Shown: one piece after another, positions 38,723-48,391 of the stretch
Numbering within the stretch: the stretch's first letter is position 1
How the letters are laid out: each line of letters opens with the position of its first letter
Notes under the pieces: model-generated
Seen by the model: only the letters and a program-made list of their open reading frames with translations
Databases searched by the model: none
Told to the model about the DNA's origin: nothing
Source: Nannocystis bainbridge
GTDB taxonomy: Bacteria; Myxococcota_A; Polyangia; Nannocystales; Nannocystaceae
Assembly: GCF_028368995.1 (NCBI RefSeq)
Contig: NZ_JAQNDL010000003.1
Location: 1,632,001-1,696,000 of the forward strand
Direction of reading: 5' to 3'
Length of the DNA: 64,000 nt
Made by a program: the position numbers and the translations under genes

Positions 38723-38910
38723 CCTCGTGAACCGGGCCGCGACGAGCGGCTGCCCGACCGTGTCGCCGCTCGCGGGCTCGCGTGCCCTCGTGAACCGGGC
38801 CGCGATGAGCGGGCAGCCCGACGGTGTCGCCGCTCGCCTGCCCCGCGTGACCTCGTGAACCGGGCCGCGACGAGCGGCTGCCCGTCAATGCAGCCGCTCG
38901 CGGGGTCGCG
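38716..38910. repeat. Three tandem 63-65-bp hairpin-containing repeats (REP/BIME-like)
   Basis: Core CCTCGTGAACCGGGCCGCGA at 38723, 38786 and 38851, each followed by a GAGCGG...CCGCTC stem. Confidence 0.85.
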
Positions 38911-39226
38911 GGTGCCGCGGCGCAGCGCCCCGTCGCAACCGCGACGCACAGGCGCTCGCCCGACGCGATGCTCCTGCGATCCAGGAGCGGCGCATGCCTC
39001 GAATCATAGGACCTCGCCGCCTGCCCTGGCGCAGGCGCTCCCGGCCCTCGCGGCTCCTGCGCGCCCACCCTTCGCCCCTGCGCCCGCGCGGCGTCGCTCG
39101 CTCGTCGCGGGCCGCGGGGGCCACTCACCGCCGCGAGAACGACGGTATCACCGCAGCTCGCCGGGCCTCGCCGCCCCCGGCCCCGGGCACGCGGGCGCGG
39201 CCCTGGTGATGCGATATCGTGGGGCG

Positions 39227-39862
39227 ATGTTCGCCTCGCTCGCCGCGCTCGTGGTCACGACCAGCACCCTCGCCGCCGAGCCGGCCCCGGCCGTCGCCGA
39301 CGACACCAGCGCGCCGAGCTACATGCAACCGATCTACGTCGACCCGCCGCCGGGCCACTACGACCCGCCGCCCGGCTTCTACGATCCACCGCCCGCCTAC
39401 TACGAATCCGACCCGCCCGGCGGTCCCCCCATTTATAAAGATCCGCCCGCCGGGTACTACGATCCGCCGCCTGGCTGGTACGACCCGCCGCCTGGCTACT
39501 ACCTCCCGCCCGCCGGCCTCCCCGCGCCGCTGCCGATCCCGAGCGAGCCGGTCGCGCTGCGCGACGACGCCTGGGACAAGTGGGCCCGGCGGCACGATCA
39601 GCTGCGCGGGCGCCAGATCGGCTGGGGCGTCGCCCTCGGCCTCAGCGTGCTCACTCTCGGCCTCGTCGCCGCCTTGCCTCCGTCCGACTGCCGTGATTGC
39701 GGCATCCTCGGCCGGCCCGTCTTCGGCATCGGCGCCGTCGTCCTCGGCAAGATCTCCCTCGTCTCGACCATCATCAACGGCGTCGCCCTCGCCCGCCACA
39801 ACCGCGACCGCCCCGGCGCCAGCCTGAGCCTCGGCCCCGGCTCCGTCCAGATCAGTTTTTAA
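39227..39862 (+). CDS. Secreted/membrane protein with DPPPG-aromatic-Y heptad repeats
   Basis: Signal peptide, DPPPGHY/DPPPGFY/DPPAGYY/DPPPGWY repeats, two TMs, C-terminal QISF. Start 39209 or 39227. Confidence 0.65.
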   Translation: MFASLAALVVTTSTLAAEPAPAVADDTSAPSYMQPIYVDPPPGHYDPPPGFYDPPPAYYESDPPGGPPIYKDPPAGYYDPPPGWYDPPPGYYLPPAGLPAPLPIPSEPVALRDDAWDKWARRHDQLRGRQIGWGVALGLSVLTLGLVAALPPSDCRDCGILGRPVFGIGAVVLGKISLVSTIINGVALARHNRDRPGASLSLGPGSVQISF

Positions 39863-39866
39863 AACT

Positions 39867-39932
39867 GGTCATGTCCCCTGGGACATGTCCTCATGAGCAT
39901 GACCGCATGAACATGCTCCTGCGGGCATGTCC
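39867..39932. repeat. 14-bp-phased palindrome array (5 CATG cores)
   Basis: CATG at 39870, 39884, 39898, 39912 and 39926. Confidence 0.92.
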
Positions 39933-39984
39933 ATCAAGGGCACCGCGCACGCATCGCCGGTGTCCCGACGCGGCCCCGGGCCGC

Positions 39985-41211
39985 TCACCAGGCCACCGGC
40001 GTCGGTCGCGGGCGATCGTCGAACCCGCCGTCGCCCACCCCGCCGTACGCGTTGCTGCCCCAGCACAGCACCTGCCCCTCGTCGGTGCGGGCGCACGCGT
40101 GCAGCTGCCCGACCACCACCTCGCTCGCCTCTGCCAGCGGCAGCATCGCCGGCGCCGCGCAGTACGGCTCCGGCGGCGCGCCTCGGGGCGACGGCGTCTC
40201 CGCCTCCACCACGTACTCGCGCGGCTCGCCGCACTCGGGCCACAGCGTGCGCTCCTCGCCCAATTCGCGGCCCCAGCCGCGAGCTGTGCCATCGGCCAGC
40301 ATCGCCGTCGTCCGGTACTGCCCGGCCGCCACGCGCTGCGCCTCGCCGAGGCCGACCACCCGCGCCGGCGGGCCCGCCGTCGCCGTGCCGCCGTCGCCGC
40401 GCTGCCCGAACGTATCACCGCCCCAGCACACGGCTGTCCCATCGGACAGCAGCGCGCACGCGTGATCGAAGCCAGCTGTCAGCGCCTGCGCCCCGGCGAT
40501 GCCCTCGACCTTGACCGGCGTCAGGTGCTCTCGTCCCGACGCGTCGCCGCACTGGCCGTACTCGTTCCAGCCCCAGCACAGCACCTCGCCCGCGGTCGTG
40601 CGCGCGCAGCTGAACGCATAACCGACCGCGACCTCCACCACCGACCCGAGCCGGGGCACCGCGCCCGACCCACTGGCGAACACCCGGCCGGCGAATACTC
40701 CGGCCGGCGCCCCGCGCCAGCCCTCGCCGCGGCACACCACGCCGCCGCCGCCCACCACCGCGCAGTCGTGATCGAGCCCCAGCGCCAGCTGCCGGACGTC
40801 GCGCCATTCGGCCACCGGCTGCGGCCGCGTGCGGATCGCCGGCGCCCCCTCCGCGAGCTCCTCCGGCGTCGCCCGGCCCCAACACCACACGCTGCCGTCG
40901 CCGAGCACCGCGCACGTGCGCTCGCCCTCCGCGACGATCTGGACCGCGTCGTTGATGCCGAGCGCCACCACCGGCCGCTCGCTCCGCGCCGCCGCCCCGT
41001 CGCCGAGCTGACCGCTCACGCCCATCCCCCAGCAACGGACCTGCCCGCCGCGCAGGCGCGCGCAGGTGTGAAACGAGCCCGCCGCCAGCTGCTCGACCAC
41101 GAACCCCGCGGGCCCCGGCGATGCGTCGCGCGGCTCGACCGGCGCGCGACCCCACCACGCCGGACCACACCCGACGAGCATCATCGCCACCATGGCCCAG
41201 GCCCAGCGCAA
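39985..41211 (-). CDS. RCC1/BLIP-II repeat lipoprotein
   Basis: Repeats AG..HTCA....G.V.CWG....GQ.GDG; MLVGC lipobox. Start 41211 (TTG) or 41193. Confidence 0.85.
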   Translation of the reverse strand: MRWAWAMVAMMLVGCGPAWWGRAPVEPRDASPGPAGFVVEQLAAGSFHTCARLRGGQVRCWGMGVSGQLGDGAAARSERPVVALGINDAVQIVAEGERTCAVLGDGSVWCWGRATPEELAEGAPAIRTRPQPVAEWRDVRQLALGLDHDCAVVGGGGVVCRGEGWRGAPAGVFAGRVFASGSGAVPRLGSVVEVAVGYAFSCARTTAGEVLCWGWNEYGQCGDASGREHLTPVKVEGIAGAQALTAGFDHACALLSDGTAVCWGGDTFGQRGDGGTATAGPPARVVGLGEAQRVAAGQYRTTAMLADGTARGWGRELGEERTLWPECGEPREYVVEAETPSPRGAPPEPYCAAPAMLPLAEASEVVVGQLHACARTDEGQVLCWGSNAYGGVGDGGFDDRPRPTPVAW

Positions 41212-41274
41212 GCACGGCCAGCATACCCGATCTCGCGGCCCTGGCGCGCTCGCCCTCATGGTACAAGGCGCCCC

Positions 41275-41934
41275 GTGGACTCGCCGGCCGGACAGCTGCA
41301 ACGCGCGCGCGAGTGGGCCCGGACCCGCCTCGGCGACGGCTACGCGCAGGACCTCATCGACCAGGACACCCTCGACGAGCGCCTCGAGGCCGTCGAGCGC
41401 GCGACCACGGTCGCCGAGATCGACGCTCTGACCGCCGACCTGCGCCCGGTCGAATCGACCGCGCTGGTGCCCGCCGCCGCCGCCCTGGCCGTCCCTGCCG
41501 CCGGCTCCCGCCTGCGCGTCCTGTTCAGCTCGATCGATCGCACCGGCGCCTGGCACGTCCCCGCGCGCACCCACGTGCGGGTGGTGTTCGGCGACGCCAC
41601 CCTCGACCTGCGCCAGGCGGTCCTGCCCGGCGGCCCGATCGAGCTCGACATCCACCTCGTGTTCGGCAACCTCGAAGTCATCATCCCGCCCGGCTGGCAG
41701 CTCGACAACGACTGTGGCGCGATCCTCGGCTCTGTCGAACAGCTGAGCGGCCCGCCCCCGCCGGGCGGCTCGCGCCAGGTCCTGCGCCTGCGCGGCCGGG
41801 TGATCTTCAGCAGCCTGACGATCCACGAGCGCCTGCCCGGCGAGAACGCCGGCGGCGCCCGCAAGCGCCGCAAACGCGAGCTCAAGGCCCTGGCCGAGCG
41901 CAGCGCCCGCGCCCTGCCGGCCGGCGACGATTGA
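41275..41934 (+). CDS. DUF1707 plus LiaF-C-like (DUF2154) protein
   Basis: RE.A..RL...YAQ.LID...LDERLE....A.T..EI..L.ADL followed by FS...R.G.W..P.......FGD..LDLR.A. Confidence 0.8.
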   Translation: MDSPAGQLQRAREWARTRLGDGYAQDLIDQDTLDERLEAVERATTVAEIDALTADLRPVESTALVPAAAALAVPAAGSRLRVLFSSIDRTGAWHVPARTHVRVVFGDATLDLRQAVLPGGPIELDIHLVFGNLEVIIPPGWQLDNDCGAILGSVEQLSGPPPPGGSRQVLRLRGRVIFSSLTIHERLPGENAGGARKRRKRELKALAERSARALPAGDD

Positions 41935-42027
41935 CGACATGCCTGTTCAGGCATGTCCGAAAGGGCATGCCGCCAAGGACATGCCTCTCGGAACATTATC
42001 ATTGGAGCATGTCCGATCGGCCATACC
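41935..42027. repeat. Longest 14-bp-phased palindrome array (7 cores)
   Basis: CATG at 41938, 41952, 41966, 41980; CATT 41994; CATG 42008; CATA 42022. Begins immediately after the stop codon. Confidence 0.92.
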
Positions 42028-42352
42028 GACCCCGCGCCCTTCACATGCAGGCGTCGACCCGCGGCGCGCACGCGTTCAGCGCCGTCATCACCGGCGCCTG
42101 CATGCAATTGAACTGCTCGAGTGGGACGAGCTCGGCCAGGCAGCCGGCGAATCAGGCCCCCTCCTCGAGCAGGACCGGGCGCGGCCATACAATTGCCGCG
42201 TCCGTGCTCGCCTGCGTGTGCGCGCGTGAGGTCTGCCCGAAGCGCCTGCGAGCGCGGCCGTGTCTCTCGCGGCCGGGGCCTCCAGGCCCCTTAGGATACG
42301 TCTCTGTGGACATATTGACAGTCCTCGCCGCCGCGGGCGATCCTGGCGGGAA

Positions 42353-43534
42353 ATGAAGCGAGTCATGCGCGATCGAAGCCTACGAATGGGCGCCCTGGCG
42401 GGCGTGATTGCTTGCAGCGGCGGCTGCGGTCCGAGCGAGGACGGCACCTCCGGCGCGACCGGGGCCACCGGGGTCACCGGGGTCACGGGCGCCACGCAGG
42501 GCAACACCGGGGGCATGACCGGCGTCACCGGCGTCACCGGCGAATCGAGCGGCACCGACTCCGATTCGGGCGTACCGACCGGCACTGGCGAAAGCACCAC
42601 CGACGACCCGACCGCCGGCGCCACCAGCAACGACTCCTCCGCCCCCAAGCTCGACCTGGCAATGGCCGACTTCGGCGCCCCGACCGGCGACGGCTGTACC
42701 AAGGTCGATTTCCTGTTCGTGCTCGACAACTCGATCTCCATGGGCGACGAGCAGCAGAACCTCGCCAACAGCTTCCCCGGGTTCATCAGCACCATTCAAT
42801 CGCAGGTGCAGGCCCAGGATTACCACATCATGGTGATCGACACCGACGACCAGGACAAGTGGGGCGAGAAGTGGGACAAGTGCCACAATAAGTGCATGAC
42901 CGACGATCCGGGCGACAACTGCCTGACGGTCTATTTCCCCGACATCATCTGCGGCATGGAGCCGCCCGCGCCCGAGGCCTGCGATCAGACCCTCGGCGCC
43001 GGCCGCAACAAGGGCGCCGGCGGGCCGCCGCTCGCCTGCCCGATCGACGGCGGCCTGCGCTACATGACGCAGGACCAGGCCGACCTCGGCGGCGCCTTCG
43101 ATTGCGTCGCCGACATGGGCGCGACCGGCAACTCCAACGAGCGCCCGGCCCAGGCCATGCTCACCGCGCTGGGCCCCCAGACCCAGGCCGGCGGCTGCCA
43201 CACGGGCTTCCTGCGCGACGACGCGGTCCTGGTCGTCACCATGATCTCCGACGAGCAGGAGAACGGCTCGCCCGGCACCCCGCAGAGCTGGTATAACGAT
43301 TTGCTGGCGCTCAAGGGCGGCAACGAGACGGCGATCGTGCTGCTCTCGCTCAACGGCGACGCCGAGACGATGGGCCAGGAGTGCAACCCGACCGCCAAGA
43401 TGGTCGAGTTCGTCGACTACTTCGGCGACCGCGGCATCATCGACAGCATCTGCGCCCCCGACTACAGCCCGTTCTTCCAGGAGGCCGTGGGCGTCATCGA
43501 CTACGCCTGCGACGAGTTCGTCCCGCCGGGCTGA
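42353..43534 (+). CDS. Myxobacterial lipoprotein with vWA-like domain (paralogue 3)
   Basis: GCTKVDFLFVLDNSISM (DxSxS MIDAS), GFLRDDAVLVVTMISDE, C-terminal ACDEFVPPG. Start uncertain (42353, 42365 or 42386). Confidence 0.78.
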   Translation: MKRVMRDRSLRMGALAGVIACSGGCGPSEDGTSGATGATGVTGVTGATQGNTGGMTGVTGVTGESSGTDSDSGVPTGTGESTTDDPTAGATSNDSSAPKLDLAMADFGAPTGDGCTKVDFLFVLDNSISMGDEQQNLANSFPGFISTIQSQVQAQDYHIMVIDTDDQDKWGEKWDKCHNKCMTDDPGDNCLTVYFPDIICGMEPPAPEACDQTLGAGRNKGAGGPPLACPIDGGLRYMTQDQADLGGAFDCVADMGATGNSNERPAQAMLTALGPQTQAGGCHTGFLRDDAVLVVTMISDEQENGSPGTPQSWYNDLLALKGGNETAIVLLSLNGDAETMGQECNPTAKMVEFVDYFGDRGIIDSICAPDYSPFFQEAVGVIDYACDEFVPPG

Positions 43535-43596
43535 CGCTTCAGCGTCACCGGACCGCGCCGGACCGCGGGGTCTCCCCGAGCGTCACCGGTCCAGTA

Positions 43597-43620
43597 GGAC
43601 ATGTCCCCGGGGACATGTCA
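43597..43620. repeat. 14-bp palindromic site pair
   Basis: GGACATGTCC-CCGG-GGACATGTCA. Confidence 0.88.
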
Positions 43621-43662
43621 TGCCACTTCTGCGGCCGGGCGGCCTGTGCTAGGCAGGTCGTC

Positions 43663-44799
43663 ATGCTCGAGCGCCTCGACGCCGTCGACTGGTCCGCCGT
43701 CTACCACGCCTACGGCCCGGCGACCGACACACCCGCCAGCTTGCGGATGCTGCTCGACGCCGACCCGGAGCAGCGCCAACGGGCTTACCGTCACCTGTTT
43801 GCGATCCTGCTCGACGACAGCCTGCGCAACCAGGCCACCGCCGCCGCCGCCCCGTTCCTGGTCGAGCTGATCGACGATCCGCACACCCCCGATCGCGCCG
43901 CGCTGCTCGGCATGCTCGCGTGCAGCGTCGCCGGCCCCTTCACCGTCGCCTCGCCGGCGATCCTCGACGACGGCGGCCCGCACGTCCACCCGATCCTCCG
44001 CGACATCTACCGGGCCGCCGAGCTCGCCGTGCCGGCCGGCCTGCAGCTCGTCGAGGCCGCCGACGAGCGCCTGAGCGTGATCGCTATCTACTTCCTCGCG
44101 ACCCAGTGGCGCCGCGCCGACGCGATCGTGCCGGCGCTTCACGCTCGCTTATACCAATCCCCCACCGCGGTCGTGCGGGCCATCATCGCCTTCGCTCTCG
44201 GCCAGCTGCGACCCGAGGACCCCGAGCTGGCCGCCCTCCACGCGCACGACCCCGACGCCACGGTGCGGGCGATCGCGGCCGCGGCCCTGCTCCATCGCGC
44301 CGGCGCCGTCCCCGAGCGGGTCCTCGATGCGCTCATCGCCGTGATCGAGGCGCGCGACGACCTCGCCGGGCTCGAGCAGCTGCCGTGCATCGAGCTCGGC
44401 GTCACCGACTTCGCCCGCGCCCTGTGTGCCGTGCCGCCCGCCGCCGGCGCGCGCGCCATCCCGCCGCTGATCGCCGCCCTGCAGCGCACCACCGGCTTCG
44501 CCACCCTCGATCTGGTCGAGGCCCTGCTGCATTTTGCGTTCGGCGACCCGCCCCCGCCCGCCGCGGACGAGGATGACGGCGCGCCCGGCCCCGCTCCCGC
44601 CACCCTCATGCCCGAGCAACGGCGAGTCCTCACCGCCGTGCTCGCGGCGCCCCATCTGTGGCAGCTCGGCGACCTGTTCTTCGTCCTGAAGGCCCATCGC
44701 TTGCCGGCCACGCGCTCGGCGCTGGCCGAGCTGCTCGCCGCGCCGGCGCCGCTCCGGCCACAGCCTCACGATCGTGCTGCACGTCCCCAGCGTCCGTAA
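43663..44799 (+). CDS. HEAT-repeat-like protein
   Basis: N-terminal LDAVDW....HAYGPATD.P motif; D.D..VR..AA.AL helical repeats. Confidence 0.7.
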   Translation: MLERLDAVDWSAVYHAYGPATDTPASLRMLLDADPEQRQRAYRHLFAILLDDSLRNQATAAAAPFLVELIDDPHTPDRAALLGMLACSVAGPFTVASPAILDDGGPHVHPILRDIYRAAELAVPAGLQLVEAADERLSVIAIYFLATQWRRADAIVPALHARLYQSPTAVVRAIIAFALGQLRPEDPELAALHAHDPDATVRAIAAAALLHRAGAVPERVLDALIAVIEARDDLAGLEQLPCIELGVTDFARALCAVPPAAGARAIPPLIAALQRTTGFATLDLVEALLHFAFGDPPPPAADEDDGAPGPAPATLMPEQRRVLTAVLAAPHLWQLGDLFFVLKAHRLPATRSALAELLAAPAPLRPQPHDRAARPQRP

Positions 44800-44825
44800 C
44801 GGGCGCCGTCACTCGGGACAAGGCA

Positions 44826-45953
44826 TCACGGCGCAGGGCTTATGCTCACCGACACTTCTTGAGCTACGGTCTCGGGCACGCTCACGGTGACGAAGAACTG
44901 ACCCTCGTCGAGCCACATCACTTCCCCTTCGGAGTTACCGGTGATCGCTATTCCCGGCTCGGGCAGCCACGCGCAACCACCGCATGGCCCGAGAAGGGCG
45001 TAGCCGACAGTTCCATCCTCGGTCGTCGGAGTGACGACAACGACCTTGTATTCGCCGGGCGTATCGATGACGAAGGACCGAGACACTCGAACGCCCCATC
45101 CAGGTCGCGCCTCGTCGATCAAAGCAAGACTTACCCCTCCCTCGACATCCTCGTCGCTACAATCGAGCGTGCGCTGGAACACCACCATCCCGTCCTGGGG
45201 CACGATCTCGGGCGCCGAGCACTCGAATCGCGGCAACGGCGAGATTCCCTTTGGGCAAGCTTTCGCCGAGAGATACTCCTCGGCGAGTTCGTCGGCCGAG
45301 CGATCGTAGTGCTGCAAGAACGCCGACTGCCAATCGGGAAATTCCGACTTCCGTGGGATTGCTGCGTACACCGCGTGAAATCTTTCTGCGCCGTACACCT
45401 GGAGCAGGTACGAAACAAACAGTCCCGCCACCCCGTATGCTTCGTCCGTGAGCCCCAGATCGCCCTGGACGAAGTCCACGAGGTAGGGACGCGGATCGCG
45501 CTCGTCAATCTCGGCCAGGCTTCCCCCTGAACCAGGGTCCAGAGCGACCGCGAGGCCCTCGTCGAGGAAAGGGGCGCCCGGAGGCATCAGGGCGTGGACA
45601 ACCTCATGATGGTGGATCGGAATATGGCTGTATGCCTCGGTCCCAATCGAGCATCCTTTGGCCTCTACGCACGTATCATTCGTCCAAAGTTCAAAATCCT
45701 CGTCGGTAAGCCACGAAAACGTGATACGGGGGAGCTCCTCATTATCACGATCAAGGCCCAGCACCAGCGCGGTATGAAGCGCGAATGCGTTCACAGCGAA
45801 GGCGTTCCCGGCGCAGGGCTCCATCCCCCGACTGTATCTATAATCGACGTGGTCACCTGAGATTACAAAGAAGTCGGGTTCGCCGCCGTGCTCGCAGGCG
45901 AACCCCGACCCGACGAACGAACACAGCAACAGCCGAAATCGCAGGTCGGTCAT
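44826..45953 (-). CDS. Lipoprotein with HEXXH...EG metallopeptidase-like motif (lower-GC island)
   Basis: SGFAC lipobox; HHEVVHAL...FLDEGLAVAL; Y..AG.FV.YL...YG. Confidence 0.65.
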   Translation of the reverse strand: MTDLRFRLLLCSFVGSGFACEHGGEPDFFVISGDHVDYRYSRGMEPCAGNAFAVNAFALHTALVLGLDRDNEELPRITFSWLTDEDFELWTNDTCVEAKGCSIGTEAYSHIPIHHHEVVHALMPPGAPFLDEGLAVALDPGSGGSLAEIDERDPRPYLVDFVQGDLGLTDEAYGVAGLFVSYLLQVYGAERFHAVYAAIPRKSEFPDWQSAFLQHYDRSADELAEEYLSAKACPKGISPLPRFECSAPEIVPQDGMVVFQRTLDCSDEDVEGGVSLALIDEARPGWGVRVSRSFVIDTPGEYKVVVVTPTTEDGTVGYALLGPCGGCAWLPEPGIAITGNSEGEVMWLDEGQFFVTVSVPETVAQEVSVSISPAP

Positions 45954-46031
45954 GGCCGATAGTCCGCACGGGACGGTACCATGGCTCGGCGTGGTAGGTC
46001 CACGCGAGCCATGTGTCTGTCCTCACAGAGA

Positions 46032-47413
46032 TCAGTTGGTCTGCAGCGAGACCGCCAGGAGAGAACCTTCCGCCTGATAATTCAGCATCAGAGAAAGGAC
46101 TCCATTGCGGTACGATCCCGAGAGCTGCTCGATCGTGACCTGGGTAAAGAAGTCAACGTCTCCGCTCGGAAAGCCATTCAGACTCAGCCCGCTTGCCCAA
46201 GCCCTCAGCACGGCATCATCCGTGGGGAACGTGACCGTACCGCGGGCGAAGCGCCATTGACCGCGCAGTTCCTCAGTGAGCTGAAAATCTGCATTCTGCA
46301 GCGCGTACGATGTCTGAGCCCCAGACGGCAGAGTGTAAACGCCCGTAAAATTGCGTTGACTACCTTCGATCGCGGTGATCACGAGATCGCACTGTACGGT
46401 ATCACAGTTCTCGGTTCTTACTGCTAGGTAGCCAGTTACATTGGTCTGAGAACTGCTTCCGCCGTCGAACCCGGTGAGACTCAGGGTGGCGTGGAAGGTC
46501 TTCGAGGGCGAGCTTCCGTCCCACACCGGTGCAATGAATGCGCAATCGTTCTTGCCTTCTGGCGCAGGGTAAACTGTATCCTCGAAAGTGCTCACGGGCA
46601 AACAATCCCAAGTATCGTGGGCTTCACCGACCGCTTCCGGAATCACGCTTTCGTCGTTGTACAACCCGTCGATTGCAGTCTCTCGCTGGGAAACGCAGTC
46701 CATGGAACAGGCGGTGGCAGCTTCCGTCGCGGTGCCTTGGCCGCATGGAAATTGATCCACTTGCCAACACTTTCTTTGATTTGTATCTGCTAGAGCTGCA
46801 GCCCGCTTGGCCGAGTCGGCCATGTCTGCCGTCTTCATGTAATAGAAGCACATCTCCCTCATCTCGGTTTGCAAGTCGATATTCGTCTCTTCGGGATCCC
46901 ACTTGCAATACCACATGCCGGTTTCTTCCGGACCATCGGTCTCTCCTGAGGTCGTCGAACTCCCACCCGTCGTCGAGTCTCCTCCGGTCGTCGGGTCACC
47001 TGCGCACTCCCACATCTCGGAGGTTTCGCTCCAAACGCAAGGAGCGTTCCCCGACGGCAGAGGTGGTGGGTCCGAGTTCACCTCGCATGGTGAGATGATC
47101 TTCTGCTCTTCTGGCAGCGACGGATAATCGCAGTAGTCCCCCCCCAAGCATCCCATCCGCCATCCGGGCTCGCTCCTTGATCGTTGAGGTAATGATGACC
47201 ACACAACTCTTCCTTTGAGTATCCATCAATACAGTATGCAGTGTCGGGGTCGGGCACGCAGACCGCTGGAAGATCCTGGCCCAAACAGTGCAGCCAGTAG
47301 TGTCCGGCCTGTTCGGCTGAGGTATCACTTGTGCCACCGATCACCCAATGATCACACCTATGGCAGCTCACGGTACAAGCGGCTAGGGCAAGGAGAGCCG
47401 GCGAGCGGCGCAT
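46032..47413 (-). pseudogene. Cys-rich lipoprotein gene split by a frameshift at a G8 tract (47138-47145)
   Basis: The N-terminal ORF MRRSPALLALAAC... (ATG 47413) and the 390-aa ORF 46032-47204 overlap in different frames at the C8 run (plus strand). G9 or G6 would join them (...DAWGG-DYCDY...). Confidence 0.6.
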
Positions 47414-47776
47414 GAGGGTCCAAGCTTCATGAGATGACATGTACGACATTTGTTAACTCCATCTTTGGTGGCACCAAGGCCATGATCTTGGTGCGTGCTG
47501 GTTTGTCTGCTGGTTCGCTTCAGAGCGCCCTTTTCCTGTACGTGACGCGCCTCCAAGCGTCAAGCTCTCTCGACCCGAACCTTCGCCACTGGAGGTCACA
47601 CCGGTCTGTGGCGAGACATCTCGTTCGAGAACTGCTCTTCACCCTGCACAGACAAGAGCCAAGAGGCTGGTTCGGCATGCCTGCATATCGAAGGGAGTCT
47701 CTGAGCAGTCTCATAGGGATTCCCAGATAGGAGACTTGGGACTCACCTGAGCTCCCTGTGTTGCGCACCCATGGAG

Positions 47777-48391
47777 TCACCCGGGCCGGCGCAGGCGCGC
47801 GAGCACGTAGTAGCGACCTGGCCCCAGAGACATGTCCGCCCCGAGCCCCGCGAGCCACCCCGGATCGAGCGGCGTCACGCGATACAGCGCGAGCCAGGCC
47901 CGCAGCCCGGCGGCGAGCGGGCGCGGCAGGCCGCCCAGGTCGGCGAAATCGACCACGTGGACCTCGCCGCCGGGGGCCACCTGCGCCAGCGCGCGCTGCA
48001 GCGCCTCCTCGCGGCGCTGCACCATCGACAGGCAGTACGAGAACAGGATCCGCTGCGGCGGCCGCCCCAGCACCGCGCCGTGGTCGGCGTCCTCGGCGAA
48101 CGCCCGCTGGAAGCGCGCCCACGGGCAGCGGACCGTCGCCCGCTCGAGCATCGCGTCCGCCGCCTCGATCGCCCCGTACGAGGCCCACGGCCGGCGGCTC
48201 TGCAAGATCTCGAGGTTGCGCCCCGTGCCCGGGCCCACCTCCACCAGCGACGCCCACGGCCGGGTCAGCAACGCATCGAGCGCGCGGTCGCGGCCGAACA
48301 GATAGTATTTGCGCGTGACGTCGTAGAGCGGCCGGGCCGCCCGGTAATAGCGATCGAGGAAGACCCGGTGTTCGGCTTGTTCGGGCGTCAA
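47777..48391 (-). CDS. btaB: SAM-dependent methyltransferase BtaB (betaine lipid synthesis)
   Basis: YDVTRKYYLFGRD, VEVGPGTGRNL, FSYCLSM, GEVHVVDF; TTG start overlapping the btaA stop. Confidence 0.85.
   Translation of the reverse strand: MTPEQAEHRVFLDRYYRAARPLYDVTRKYYLFGRDRALDALLTRPWASLVEVGPGTGRNLEILQSRRPWASYGAIEAADAMLERATVRCPWARFQRAFAEDADHGAVLGRPPQRILFSYCLSMVQRREEALQRALAQVAPGGEVHVVDFADLGGLPRPLAAGLRAWLALYRVTPLDPGWLAGLGADMSLGPGRYYVLARLRRPG

Noticed and set aside
39881-39890. GGACATGTCC equals the eukaryotic p53 half-site RRRCATGYYY
   Set aside because: It arises at the junction of two abutting TGTCC-N4-GGACA units, and isolated sites lack the full decamer. Nothing supports a p53-like protein, so treated as coincidence.
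30160-42027. 14-bp arrays or the 38716-38910 repeat as CRISPR arrays
   Set aside because: Units are 14 bp with 4-nt variable centres, or have homologous inter-repeat segments; there are no 25-45-nt unique spacers and no cas genes in the window.
47450-47760. Possible ncRNA or IS remnant in the lower-GC non-coding stretch
   Set aside because: No recognisable terminal inverted repeats, transposase fragment or RNA family motif by eye; an Rfam/ISfinder search would be needed.
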